From an uncultured delta proteobacterium (GTDB lineage: Bacteria > Desulfobacterota > Binatia > Binatales > Binataceae), in NCBI GenBank assembly GCA_963721485.1, contig CAVRJV010000014.1, positions 6,373 through 70,372 of the forward strand: a DNA stretch of 64,000 nucleotides, written 5' to 3'. Shown one piece after another: positions 32,449 through 42,547 of the stretch. Numbering within the stretch: the stretch's first letter is position 1; each line of letters starts with the position of its first letter. Made by a program: the position numbers and the translations under genes. The notes under the pieces were generated by a model. The model did not search any database and was not told where the DNA came from. It saw nothing but the letters and a program-made list of their open reading frames with translations.

Positions 32449-33784
32449 ATGAATTGCGATGGGCTGCTAACGGGCAACGGCGAGAATTTTCGCGCGCGGC
32501 GCAAGCGCATGATGGAGGCGATCGCGCCGGGCGCGACTGCGATCATGCCGAGTGCGCCGGTCTCGGTGCGATCGAATGACGTCGAGTTCGTTTATCGGCA
32601 GGACAGCGACTTCTACTACCTGACGGGATTCGCGGAGCCCGAATCGGTCGCGCTGCTTTCGCCGGGGCATCCCGACGGCGAGTTCGTGATGTTCGTGCGG
32701 CCGCGCGACAAGGAGCGCGAGACGTGGACGGGGCGGCGCGCGGGAATCGAGGGCGCGATAATCGAGTACGGTGCGGACAAGGCTTACGTAATCGACGAAC
32801 TCGAAAAGATTCTGCCGCGCTACCTCGAAAAGAGTGAACGCGTGCATTACCCGCTCGGGCTGAACGAAAAGATGGATGAGCGGGTGATGAAAATGATTCG
32901 ATGGGCGCACTCGATGCGGCCGCGAATCGGCATGGGCCCGTCATCGATAATCGATCCGCGCGACATAATTCACGAGGCGCGGCTGAAGAAGGAGCCGGCG
33001 GAGCTTGACGCGATGCGCCGCGCGATGGCGATTTCGGCCGACGCGCACAAGCGCGCGATGTCGAAGGCGCGCGGCGGGATGCGCGAATGGCAGATCGAAG
33101 CCGAGGTCGATTACGCATTTCGCTCGCAGGGCGCGGCGGGTCCGAGCTATCCGTCGATCATCGCGTCTGGACCCAACGCGGCGACGCTGCATTACATCAA
33201 CAACGATCGCGAGATGCGCACCGGCGAGCTGCTGCTGATCGACGCGGGTGCGGAATACGATTTTTACGCGGCGGATATCACGCGCACGTCGCCGATTGGC
33301 GCGCGCTTCACGCGGATTGCAGCGCAGCTTGTACGAGGTGGTGCTCGACGCGCAGCTCAAGGCGATCGACACGATCAAGCCGGGCGCGCATTTCGACGAC
33401 GCGCACGAAGTGGCTCTGCGCGTGCTGGTTGACGGCATGCGCCAGCTCGGCATTCTGCACGGATCGGCCGACGAGATAATCGAGAAGGGCGCGTACCGGC
33501 GCTACTACATGCATCGCACGAGTCACTGGCTCGGCATGGACGTGCATGACGTCGGGCTTTACCGCGTCGACGGCGCGTCGCGAGTGCTCGAGCCCGGGAT
33601 GGTGCTCACGGTCGAGCCGGGATTGTACATCGCTCCCGACGACGACGAAGTCCCCGACAGTTTTCGCGGCGTCGGGATTCGAATCGAGGATGACGTGCTG
33701 GTGACGCAAGATGGTCACGAAGTGATGACTGCGGCGACGCCGAAGACTATCGCAGACGTCGAAGCACTGACTACTGCGCAATAG
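32449..33784 (+). CDS. pepP: Xaa-Pro aminopeptidase (M24B); one frame break near 33305
   Basis: FRQDSDFYYLTGF N-domain. Catalytic residues in LIDAGAEYDFYAADITRT, HRTSHWLGMDVHD, VEPG and GIRIEDD. Confidence 0.85.
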
Positions 33785-33823
33785 TCACTTCAATAGTCAC
33801 ATCGACGAACATTTCGTCGCAGC

Positions 33824-34537
33824 CTACAGAAACGAATAAGTATCCCGCAGCACGGATTTGGCGCCGCGCTCGATGATATCTCCGTGCGCAAGGATCATTC
33901 GATCGAAGTCCCATTCCAGTATTTGCGCGATGGACTCCGTAACCGCCCGTTTGCGCATCCTCATCAAGAGCTTGAATGTTCTCGCGACTGCCGGGCCTCC
34001 GAATGCACCGTCCAAGTTCATTAGTACCCTGGTCCAGGCCGAATCTGAGCGGGTCAGGTTGAACACGAGATCGGTAAATACAACGGTGCGGCTCGCCCGG
34101 TGGAAAAATACAGTCTCGTTGAGCGGAGAAAATCCGCGGAAGACAAACTGATCGATCTGACCACGCCAGGCCTTGGGCGCTTCGTCGCTCAAAATCTCGT
34201 CGAAGTGAATATCATGCCGCTTGGTCTCGAGGCCGGGCGCGGCGTACAGCCTCGCCTCTGGATAGTTTCCTGAATAGTCGGCGACGTACAGATGATGAAA
34301 CCGATTGGGCGCGACGACCTGCCGGACAGGTCCGATGCCATCCAGGGCTGCGCGGAGATCGTCGTCGAGGTGCACCGGAGAATGGACGAACAGTGAGCCG
34401 TCGACGAGCCTGATAACCGTCATTCGGGCTCCAACGTCCGCGCCGAAAAAGTTTTGAGGCGCTTCAATCGCCCATATGCTGGTATCGATCTGGCGCAGCA
34501 TCGCTTTCACACCGCGATATTTTCGGGGTTGCAGCAA
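33824..34537 (-). CDS. DUF4336-like (MBL-fold related) protein
   Basis: Intact ORF. The pattern IWAIEAP...RMTVIRL..GSLFVHSP...VVAPNRFHHL fits my memory of DUF4336. The start may be the internal ATG at 34501. Confidence 0.45.
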   Translation of the reverse strand: MLQPRKYRGVKAMLRQIDTSIWAIEAPQNFFGADVGARMTVIRLVDGSLFVHSPVHLDDDLRAALDGIGPVRQVVAPNRFHHLYVADYSGNYPEARLYAAPGLETKRHDIHFDEILSDEAPKAWRGQIDQFVFRGFSPLNETVFFHRASRTVVFTDLVFNLTRSDSAWTRVLMNLDGAFGGPAVARTFKLLMRMRKRAVTESIAQILEWDFDRMILAHGDIIERGAKSVLRDTYSFL

Positions 34538-34550
34538 TGGGATTAAATAC

Positions 34551-34769
34551 TCACAGCCACGAATGGCACGTGCTGCGGTTGTACTGGCAGGTCACCGTGC
34601 AATTACCTATTTCGTTCCGGCAATAGTATTCGTCATTACCATGTAGCTCGCAGACCTGGTACTTGCGATTGCACTCGTACTGGCACTTGGTCTGCGCGTA
34701 GTCGCATCGACTCGAGCATCCCGTGAACAGCGATGCGGCGGCGGCGATGAACAATGCTTTCGCGATCAC
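34551..34769 (-). CDS. small cysteine-rich lipoprotein
   Basis: GTG start gives MIAKALFIAAAASLFTGC (lipobox LFTG-C). The mature ~54-aa part has 8 further Cys (CDYAQTKCQYEC...CTVTCQYNRSTC). GC is lower than in the neighbouring genes. Confidence 0.5.
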   Translation of the reverse strand: MIAKALFIAAAASLFTGCSSRCDYAQTKCQYECNRKYQVCELHGNDEYYCRNEIGNCTVTCQYNRSTCHSWL

Positions 34770-34782
34770 GAGCAGGCAGGCG

Positions 34783-35670
34783 CTAAAGTTCCAGGGCGCT
34801 GGCGCTACCGACAATCGTCTTGGCGCCGTCGGCCTTGTCGCACCATACTTCGACTTCAGCGCGTGTGCGTATCCCCTCGGGATGACGATCGACGATCAAG
34901 CCTTTTGGACCCGTGACGTCATTGCCCCACAGCACGTTGACGAGCCGCAGATCCATCTTGCCGCCGTAGAGGAAGCCGAGTCCGAAGCGCTGCGTCATCA
35001 TCTCGGCGACCAGGCACACGGAAAGCATCCCCTGCACGACGATTTCCGGGAAGCCCAGCTCGACGGCCTTCTGCTTGTCGTTGTGATAGTTGCGCGCGGG
35101 TCCCGAAAACGCCATGCACATGTCTTCGGTGATCTTGCGCATCGGCGCGTCGATTGGATCGCCGCCACGCTCGCCGATTTTAAATGTGCGTGAAGAATCT
35201 TTTTCGCGCGATTTGTCGACGACGAAACCCTGCTTGGTCTGTTCGGGCAACAGGAAGCTCTGATGCGTGCGGCTGCGCGACACGATTTGCCCCGACGCGT
35301 TGCCGACGAGCACTTCGTTCACGACGTATTCGCGATCGCGCTTGACGTAGCGGTCGACGATGACGGAGCGCGTCGTGAGCCGTTCGCCGACCATCACGGG
35401 CGCGAAGATGCTCCATTCCTGGCGCGCGTGCAGGTTGCCGTAGATGTTCGGCAGATACCATCCGAGCGTGTGATAAACCGCGCTGTGGAGAATCAGCGCG
35501 GGCGCGATTGGGCCGCCGAGCGGCGAGTCGCCGCGGTACCATGGATTATCGTCTCCGGTGCCGGCGATGTAAGTCGCGACCAGTTCGGGCGTGATGTCGT
35601 AGGTGATGCCGCCGAAGTCGCGGCCGACGTACACTTCTTTGCGATCGAAAATATTTTTCTCGTTAGCCAT
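34783..35670 (-). CDS. MaoC-like double hotdog-fold (de)hydratase
   Basis: Intact 295 aa with two hotdog halves. The C-terminal half has HNDKQKAVELGFPEIVVQGM, typical of MaoC dehydratases. Confidence 0.55.
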   Translation of the reverse strand: MANEKNIFDRKEVYVGRDFGGITYDITPELVATYIAGTGDDNPWYRGDSPLGGPIAPALILHSAVYHTLGWYLPNIYGNLHARQEWSIFAPVMVGERLTTRSVIVDRYVKRDREYVVNEVLVGNASGQIVSRSRTHQSFLLPEQTKQGFVVDKSREKDSSRTFKIGERGGDPIDAPMRKITEDMCMAFSGPARNYHNDKQKAVELGFPEIVVQGMLSVCLVAEMMTQRFGLGFLYGGKMDLRLVNVLWGNDVTGPKGLIVDRHPEGIRTRAEVEVWCDKADGAKTIVGSASALEL

Positions 35671-36082
35671 TGTGATGCCTGTCGGCGTAGTTTTTCTGCT
35701 TGGTTTTGAGACGGTCGTTGAACTTCGCCGCGTCGATTACAGCGCGCCGATGGGTTCCGGAGCCAATCTGCTCGGCGTCGTCAAAGGCGCGCACGGCAAA
35801 TTCGAGGCGCCGCCCTTCGACCTTCGTCACTTCCGCCTCCGCGCGGGCACGATGCCCCGGCGGCGTGGCTGCGGTGTGGCTGACTTCGATCGTCATGCCG
35901 ACCGAGCTTTCGCCCGCGTCGAGGAACGGCTTGATCGCTTCGATCGCCGCCTGTTCCATCATCGCGACCATCGTCGGCGTGGACAGTACCGCCGCCAGCG
36001 ACGGGTCGAGATGGCTGGCGAGATCGGCAGCCGCGACCGTCTTCGCGTGAGTGCCTTTGGTTCCGACTGGAATTGGTTTCAT
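35663..36082 (-). CDS. hotdog-fold thioesterase (FlK-like family)
   Basis: Intact 139 aa with VLSTPTMVAMMEQAA and GMTIEVSHTAATPPG. 8-nt overlap with the downstream gene. Confidence 0.55.
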   Translation of the reverse strand: MKPIPVGTKGTHAKTVAAADLASHLDPSLAAVLSTPTMVAMMEQAAIEAIKPFLDAGESSVGMTIEVSHTAATPPGHRARAEAEVTKVEGRRLEFAVRAFDDAEQIGSGTHRRAVIDAAKFNDRLKTKQKNYADRHHNG

Positions 36083-36086
36083 CGCG

Positions 36087-36510
36087 TTAAAGCACCGCGA
36101 TCAGGATTTGAACTGAGAGTATGACGCAGATTGTTATTCCGATGGCGTAAAAAATCGTCCGCGCCGGCTGCATCCCGCGCAGGTACACGACGGTGTGGAG
36201 AATTCGTGCGATGGCAAAAATGCTGAAATAGATGAACGCGCCCGCCGGCCAGCATCCGAGCGTCACGTAGATCATCCCGAGAAACAGGAATATCGGAATG
36301 TTCTCGAGGTCGTTGCGCCAGGCCGCGGCTGCGCGCTTGACGATCGGCAATTCATCGGCCGCAGGTGCGGACGCTCCGAAGAATTTCGCGTCTTCTGGAT
36401 TCGGGAAGGTCTTGGAACCGGTTCGCGCGAGACCTTGAACGAGCCGAGTTCGCGAACATCTTGAAAAACAGAATGACGGTGATCAGCCCATAGAACCCGT
36501 ACTCGGTCAT
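36087..36510 (-). CDS. MAPEG-family membrane protein (glutathione-transferase-like); one frame break near 36440
   Basis: MTEYGFYGLITVILFFKMFANS, then RAAAAWRNDLENIPIFLFLGMIY...ARILHTVVYL. Confidence 0.5.
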
Positions 36511-36516
36511 CGGCGG

Positions 36517-37130
36517 CTATCTCCTCAAGCCCATCGCGTCGAGTTTTTTGACGATCCATTCGACGCGATCGTTGCCCCAGAACGGTTCGCCATCGACGAT
36601 GAAAGTCGGCACGCCGAAGACGCCGTCGCGATCGCCGGTGGCAAACGCCTCGGACAATTCGCGCGGACCGTCGTGAGCGGCATAGCGGTTGAAGGCGTCG
36701 GCATCGAGACCCGTCTCTTTCATGACTGCGGCCAAGTGCGGCGGCGTTTTCAATGTCGAGTTCGCGTTTGAAGAATCGCTCGAACACGCGGTCGGAGTAG
36801 GGGCGGAAGAGGCCGTGCTTGTCGGCAAACAGACCGGACATCAGCGAGAGTTTCGAGTCGAAGATTTTCTGCGGTCCGCGGATGATCATGCCCGCGCGCA
36901 TTCGCGTAGCGCCGCGCGTCGAGGTAGAGGTAGCGGACTTTGCGCCAATCGCGCTCGGGGCGCTCGTCGAGTTCGCCGCCAAAGGCGCCGCGCACGTCGA
37001 GTTCGTGCGGGATGTAATGCAGCCTGACGCGATGCGATTCCATCAGCGCGTACGCGGGATGCATCGCGAGGTAAGCGAACGGACTCTTGTAGTCGTAGTA
37101 CAGCTTGATGGTCAGCAGTTCGTCGGCCAT
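36517..37130 (-). CDS. DsbA-family 2-hydroxychromene-2-carboxylate isomerase-like protein; 2 frame breaks
   Basis: LYYDYKSPFAYLA N-terminus and GVFGVPTFIVDGEPFWGNDRVEW C-terminus, with a middle section in a third frame. Confidence 0.65.
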
Positions 37131-37500
37131 GCCTCAAGGATTTAGCAGAGCGGAAGGAGAACTACCTAATCCCCCGCGGAGTCAGATGTGAATTGACGGC
37201 GGGATGACCTCGCGAGATGTCAAGAAACGTTTAAGTGCCTCAATTCATCCAGGAAGGCTTTGCTCATGCCAATAGCCGATAATTGATAGTTACTGCAATA
37301 GTAACAACGCTTGGGGCGCTTGACTTATGCGTAGCGTATCGGGAGATTGAATCGCATAGTCAATTGGGACCAAGTAGGTAGTCCAATTGTATATTTATAT
37401 ATCAATTTGTAGATAGTCATTCGCAGTATAACTGGGGTTTGATGCTTAATTGAACCTCCGAGCTGGACGAAATGATCGGTTCGCGCGGAAGGATAAAACC

Positions 37501-37671
37501 ATGGACCTGATCAGAAAATTGTTTGTGAGGGCCGACTGCTTTGCGCGCGGCCAAACGATGGCAGAGTACGTGCTGATAGTCTCGGCCGTCGCCGTAGTAG
37601 TGTACGCCGGCTATACCGTTACCGGCGGCAGCATCAGCACTCTGGTCAACTACGCGGACAGCCAGATGTAG
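37501..37671 (+). CDS. flp: Flp-family type IVb pilin
   Basis: 56 aa with a GGAAGGA RBS. GQTMAEYVLIVSAVAVVV matches the Flp G/XXXXEY processing motif plus a hydrophobic stretch. Confidence 0.65.
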   Translation: MDLIRKLFVRADCFARGQTMAEYVLIVSAVAVVVYAGYTVTGGSISTLVNYADSQM

Positions 37672-37697
37672 CCCAGCGCGGCCGAACGTTCTGCTCT

Positions 37698-38675
37698 CTA
37701 GATCAGCGGCTCGTGGATCGCTTCGGCGGCTTCCGACGCGGGTTGCTTGCGATGAGGATCCGCGCCGAGCACCAGCGCCAGCACGCCGCTGACTGAGATC
37801 AAGATGCCGACGACCTCGCGGGTCGTTGCGCGCTCGCCCAGAAACATCACGGCAAACAGGATCGACAGGATCGGGATGCCCGGGATGACCAGCGCCGTCG
37901 TCCATGCCAGCGACAGCCGGTTGATCGCGCCGTACCACGTGAGTCCGCCCAGGAAATAGATGAAGAAGCCGGTCACCACGATCACGCCGAGCGTGGTCGG
38001 GTCGGCGAGCTGTACAATCGACTCGCGGCGGAACAGCAGCAGCATCGCGTTCAGCACGATCGCCGCGTAGACAAACCGCCCGCCGATTATTGTGGTCGGC
38101 GTCAGCGGCGGCATCAGCTTAAGCCCCATCACGTGCGACGTCTGCCAGAACAGCGGAGTCGTGAAGATGATCGCTGACGCCCACAGCGGCGAGAACGATC
38201 CTCCACCGGCGAACACCGAGCCGATGCCGACGAGGATCGTGGCCGTCGCCAACATCTGCCGCGCCGACGGTCGCTCGCCGACGAAGATCGTCGATAGGAT
38301 CAGCGAATACACCGGCTCGGTTTGCATCAGCAACACGCCCGCGACGGCGCCGATGCGCGTGAGTCCGTAGGTGACAGTGAGGCTCGTCATCACCGTTCCG
38401 GCGAATGCCACCCCGAACAGCCGCGCGCGATAACGCCGGTCGAAGACCAGGCTCAGCTCGCCGGTGTATAGCAGCAGCCCAACCGTACATAGCGCCGCGA
38501 ACGCGACCGATCCCGAGCAGAACAGCAGGGGATCGAGATGCAGCGCGCCCCATCGCGTGATGACCGGCTGGCCCGCGCCGAGGATCGTGTTGATGATGCA
38601 GCACGCGAGGCCGATCTGGAATGCACGCGCACGAACCGCGCGAACCGAGGCGGACGCAGCCATCGAGTTACCCAT
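37698..38675 (-). CDS. DMT-superfamily (EamA) transporter
   Basis: Intact 325 aa with 10 hydrophobic segments in two EamA-like halves. Confidence 0.7.
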   Translation of the reverse strand: MGNSMAASASVRAVRARAFQIGLACCIINTILGAGQPVITRWGALHLDPLLFCSGSVAFAALCTVGLLLYTGELSLVFDRRYRARLFGVAFAGTVMTSLTVTYGLTRIGAVAGVLLMQTEPVYSLILSTIFVGERPSARQMLATATILVGIGSVFAGGGSFSPLWASAIIFTTPLFWQTSHVMGLKLMPPLTPTTIIGGRFVYAAIVLNAMLLLFRRESIVQLADPTTLGVIVVTGFFIYFLGGLTWYGAINRLSLAWTTALVIPGIPILSILFAVMFLGERATTREVVGILISVSGVLALVLGADPHRKQPASEAAEAIHEPLI

Positions 38676-39462
38676 CGACGCTCAGCATAACGATGACGAC
38701 GAGTATGGCCAGTGCGATGCGATAGATAGCGAACGGGCGGTAAGTGTGCGTGCGTACGTAGTTCAGCAGCCAGGCGATCGCCATCAGTCCGAAGACCGCC
38801 GAGGCTGCGAAGCCCCATCCAAGCTGAGGCGTGAGGCCTGAGTGGAAAAATTTATGCACCTCGAGCAGACCCGGCGCCGGCGATAATCGGCGTCGCCATC
38901 AGGAATGAGAAATTTGCCGCATCGGCGCGTTCGATGCCGAGCATGCGGGCCGTCGTAATCGTGGCGCCGGAACGTGAGACGCCGGGGACAATCGCAAACG
39001 CCTGACTCAGGCCGATCAGAACGGCATCGAGGAAGCGTAATATCGCCTATTTTGCGCTTTTTCGACCCATACGCGTCAGCCGCCCACAGAAGGATCCCAA
39101 GTATAGCCATGGTGCCGGCGATCAGGAGCGGCGAACGAAACGTCGATTCGGCCTGTTTCTCCAGCATTACGCCGATAATCGCTCCGGGAACCGAGGCGAC
39201 TATCAGCAGGAATAAAAGCCGGCGCTGGACCCGATTGCCGTTGGCGAGCGACAGCCACCATGTCGAGCCATTCGCGCCAGTAGTAGATGAGCAGCGCCAG
39301 CAGGGTTCCCAGGTGAAGGACGACATCGAAGGCAAGACCAGGGTCCTCTTGCCATTTGAGCAGCCATGGAACGAGGATCAGATGAGCCGAGCTGGAGACC
39401 GGCAGGAATTCGGTCAAACCCTGGACGATGCCGAGAACGATAGCCTGGAAGACAGAAAACAT
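38668..39462 (-). CDS. uppP: undecaprenyl-diphosphate phosphatase; 2-3 frame breaks
   Basis: [20 protein letters not shown] and [10 protein letters not shown] motifs. The C-terminus [19 protein letters not shown] is in ORF 38668-38859. Confidence 0.85.
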
Positions 39463-39815
39463 AATATTATTAGATGTTTAGGCGCGGAATGCCGCGTTTC
39501 TTGTCGAATTGTGCTGAGTCGGGACCATTTGCCTACAAAACGACCGAATTTGGTGAATACATATCCAAGATGCTCCTTGACCGGCCCGGTTACTTGGTCT
39601 AGAATTGGTGCGTACTAGAGGGGAGAGAAGATTGGGTAACAGGAGGCGTTGACTGCCTATGAATCGAGTTGCCAAACGGAAAGTGATTCCCTTAAGGGAA
39701 ATGAGCGCGGTCGAGTCAGACGGGGAGCCCGACCAGTCTGACGTCTGGGACAATATTCAACCCCGGCGAACCGCATCCGTTTCCGGTTGTTTCAACGCTG
39801 CCACGTTTGCCGGTG

Positions 39816-39983
39816 ATGATCCCCGACGAGATTCTGGACTACTACGGCTGGGTCTTTTGCCAAGGTGGATTCCTCAATCTCCAGATGACGTTCGAGCAGT
39901 TCCTGGCCGTAGTCGCCGCGGTAAGTCCCGCCGGGCTGAGCCCCGAATACGACGCGAGCGAGGCATCGTACCCCAACGATTGA
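39816..39983 (+). CDS. hypothetical small protein (55 aa)
   Basis: ORF MIPDEILDYYGWVFCQGGFLNLQMTFEQFLAVVAAVSPAGLSPEYDASEASYPND, below the ORF-track length cutoff. It shows a coding-like third-position GC bias and is followed by a strong terminator. I recognise no family. Confidence 0.3.
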   Translation: MIPDEILDYYGWVFCQGGFLNLQMTFEQFLAVVAAVSPAGLSPEYDASEASYPND

Positions 39984-40013
39984 TTCTCAGCGATAGCGCC
40001 CAGTGCGCTATTT

Positions 40014-40055
40014 CGATGCCCGCCCGGGCGCATCCGGGCGGGCATCGATTGTTTT
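40014..40055 (+). terminator. rho-independent terminator
   Basis: Perfect 14-bp stem CGATGCCCGCCCGG / CCGGGCGGGCATCG with loop GCGCAT, followed by ATTGTTTTC. Confidence 0.7.
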
Positions 40056-40092
40056 CGGCGGTCGGTAATTCATAACTCACGGACTGCGGATT

Positions 40093-40765
40093 TCAATTGT
40101 CCCCGGCGGAACCTTTTCTCGGCGCGCTCAGCAGCGTGTTCCTGATCCAGATGCTCGGCAGATTGCCGCCGTCGGTCGGCGATTTGAGTCCGTTGTCCTG
40201 CGCGATTTGCCGCCAGTTATCCTCGTTGCCGGTCGCCCGCTTGGCGAGACCCTTCAGGTCTTCGTTGGGCAGCAGCGCGTAGTTGACGCCGCCTTCTTTC
40301 GGCGTGCCGCCCGACGGCGGGAATTTCGCCGCGAGCTGGTCGATTTTGCCGAACAGGTTCAGCCGAGGATCGTGCTTTGTACTTGGCGATGTCCGCGTCG
40401 GCGATATCCTCGCAGCGGACATTGACGACTGATCCGCGAGACGTGCGGGCTCTGCGGCACGACCTCGATCTCGTACCGATACTCCGGATGCTTGCCGATC
40501 AGGCTGCCGAGCACGCCGGCCCCCACGTCGGCATCCTTCCACAAAGTGACGAGCTGGTCGTCGGTCTTCGACCTCGAACAGTATACCCTCGCCGCGCAGC
40601 ACATCCTGGGTCAGCAGGAACGAATCATTCGCCGTGTATGGCACATCGTGCTGCTCGCTCGGTGGCCGCGTCATTAGTGGCAGCGAAGCATCCCGCGATC
40701 AGCAGGATCGAAGACAGGATCGCGATTTTTGAAATTGCCGAGACAGAATCCGCACCGCACTCATC
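40093..40765 (-). CDS. lipoprotein with C-terminal LysM-like region; at least 3 frame breaks
   Basis: Signal/lipobox ...ISKIAILSSILLIAGC. The middle part is DQLVTLWKDADVGAGVLGSLIGKHPEYRYEIEVV. The C-terminus is NYALLPNEDLKGLAKRATGNEDNWRQIAQDNGL. Start is approximate. Confidence 0.45.
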
Positions 40766-40872
40766 ACCATCGCTAACAAAACCACGAGAGATTCTCGCGC
40801 GCAAGACGAACCGGCGCAAGACCGATTGAGATTGCACGACACGCCTCGCAGACGCTAATCAAATATACCCTT

Positions 40873-42233
40873 ATGGCCGAAGCAGAAAACAAAACATCGC
40901 GGCACGTGATCGCAGTGGTCGGCGCCGCGACCGCGGGCTCGGAAATCGCCCGCATCCTGGCCGAGCGCGGCGCGCTGGTGATCGTGATCGAGCAGAATCC
41001 GCGCCCCTACGGAAAAATCGAGGACGGGCTGCCGCGATGGCACGTCAAGCAGCGCCGCGACGAGTACGAGGAAATCAATCAGCGCCTCGACCATCCCAAT
41101 ATCGAGTTCGTGCCGCTGACCCGGATGGGCCGCGAGCTCGATTTCGACGATCTGCGCACGCGATGGGGCCTCAGCGGCATCGTGCTGGCGCACGGCGCGT
41201 GGCGCGATCGCCCGTTTCCGGTCGAGGGCGCCGACCAGTTCATCGATCGCGGCCTCGTCTATCAGAACCGGCTCATCTACTGGTTCAATCACTACCCGGA
41301 AAAAAATTACAACGGCCCGCGCTACGAGCTGACGCCCGGCGCGATCGTCGTCGGCGGCGGCCTTGCGTCGATCGACGTGGTCAAAGTGCTGCAAATCGAA
41401 ATGACGCTGGAGGCGCTCAAGACGCGCGCGGCATCGAGGCCGAGATGCTCGCGCTCGAGCGCGAGGGCATCGAGCCGGTGCTGGCATCAGCGGGCTCAAG
41501 TACGCCGACCTCGGCGTCGCGCCGTGCAAGCTGTACTATCGCCGCCGCGTGCTCGACATGCCGCTCTCCGATATTCCGCCCGACGCGCCCGAGAAGCGCG
41601 CCGACGCGCTGCGACAGGCACGCGCCAAGATCCTGGACAAAGCGCAGCGCAAGTTCCTGTTCGAGTTCCAGGAACTGCGCGTGCCGAGCGGACTGATCGT
41701 CGAGAACGGCGCGGTGGTCGGCGTGAATTTCAGCCGCACCGAGGTCGTCGACGGGCAAGTGCGCATCGTGCAAGAGAACGCGGAGACCGCGCGCGCGCCG
41801 CTGACGATCAGCTCGATCGGCAGCATCCCGGAGCCAATCCCCGGCATCCCGCACAAGGGCGAGGTCTATACCTACGTCGATCAGAAGATTGGCCTGCTGA
41901 TGGATGGACCGACCGCGGTGTTCGCCGCCGGCAACGTGCTGACCGGCAAGGGCAATATCAAGGACTCGCTCGAGAGCGGCACCGAGATCGGTACGCGCGT
42001 CGCCGAGGCGTACCTGGGACTGTCCGGCGAGGAGCTGAAGATTGCGGAGGGCGCGCGCAAGGACGCGGCAGCCTCGGGCGAGAAGATCGCCGGCGCGCTG
42101 AGTCGCGGCCGAGAATCGCGCCGGAGCAAGTCGCGCGACTGCTCGGGCCGTGCGCAAGCGCCAGCGCTCCGTCGGCTACGACGGCAACTACCGCGCATGG
42201 ATCGCGAAGGTCACGCCCGTCGACTTGCACTAG
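40873..42233 (+). CDS. FAD/NAD(P)-binding oxidoreductase (GltD/adrenodoxin-reductase-like); 3-4 frame breaks
   Basis: Two Rossmann motifs (VIAVVGAATAGSE and AIVVGGGLASID) and the late motif AAGNVLTGKGNI. Assembled from ORFs 40873, 41037 and 41549. Confidence 0.55.
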
Positions 42234-42353
42234 GATTCCCGCGCGCGTTTCGCAGAATGCGTGCGGAAGGAGGGATGAACTTTTCAACCTCACGCTCCGG
42301 TCTGCGACGTGCTATTCATTGAGCATGGAGAAGCACGAAGACTTCCTTCTTAG

Positions 42354-42425
42354 TGGGGCGGGCCGCCGTGCCCGCCCGCACTTCTCAGAGGCGGGCACGG
42401 CGGCGCGCCCCACAACCTATTTTTT
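42354..42425 (+). terminator. long GC hairpin followed by a T6 run
   Basis: GCCGCCGTGCCCGCC (42362-42376) pairs perfectly with GGCGGGCACGGCGGC (42390-42404). The stem is extended by GTGGGGCG/CGCCCCAC. TTTTTT lies at 42420-42425. Confidence 0.65.
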
Positions 42426-42547
42426 ACGGAACGAAACGACGCCTAGTGGTACGACTCTAGCCAAACCACTACCGGTGGTATAGTTTGGCTGTTCTTTGCA
42501 AATCATCACGCGGAATTTCGCCGCATTTGACGGCACGGAGGTGAGGT

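Noticed and set aside
39659-40075. 138-aa ORF across the uppP-lipoprotein spacer.
   Set aside because: It is Arg/Ser/Pro-rich with no motif, and it reads through the strong terminator hairpin at 40014-40047. A shorter ORF in another frame (39816-39983) is more coding-like.
42270-42320. 15-codon mini-ORF (MNFSTSRSGLRRAIH) after GGAAGGAGGG as a leader peptide.
   Set aside because: The SD-to-ATG spacing is too short. The peptide has no run of regulatory codons and lies upstream of, not within, a terminator/antiterminator arrangement.
42430-42545. ZTP (pfl) or THF riboswitch in the glyA leader.
   Set aside because: There is a slight resemblance (CGACUC..GCC, ACCACUACCGG), but the invariant 3' CCGCCUGGGC pseudoknot strand is missing. 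It is kept only as a generic structured leader.
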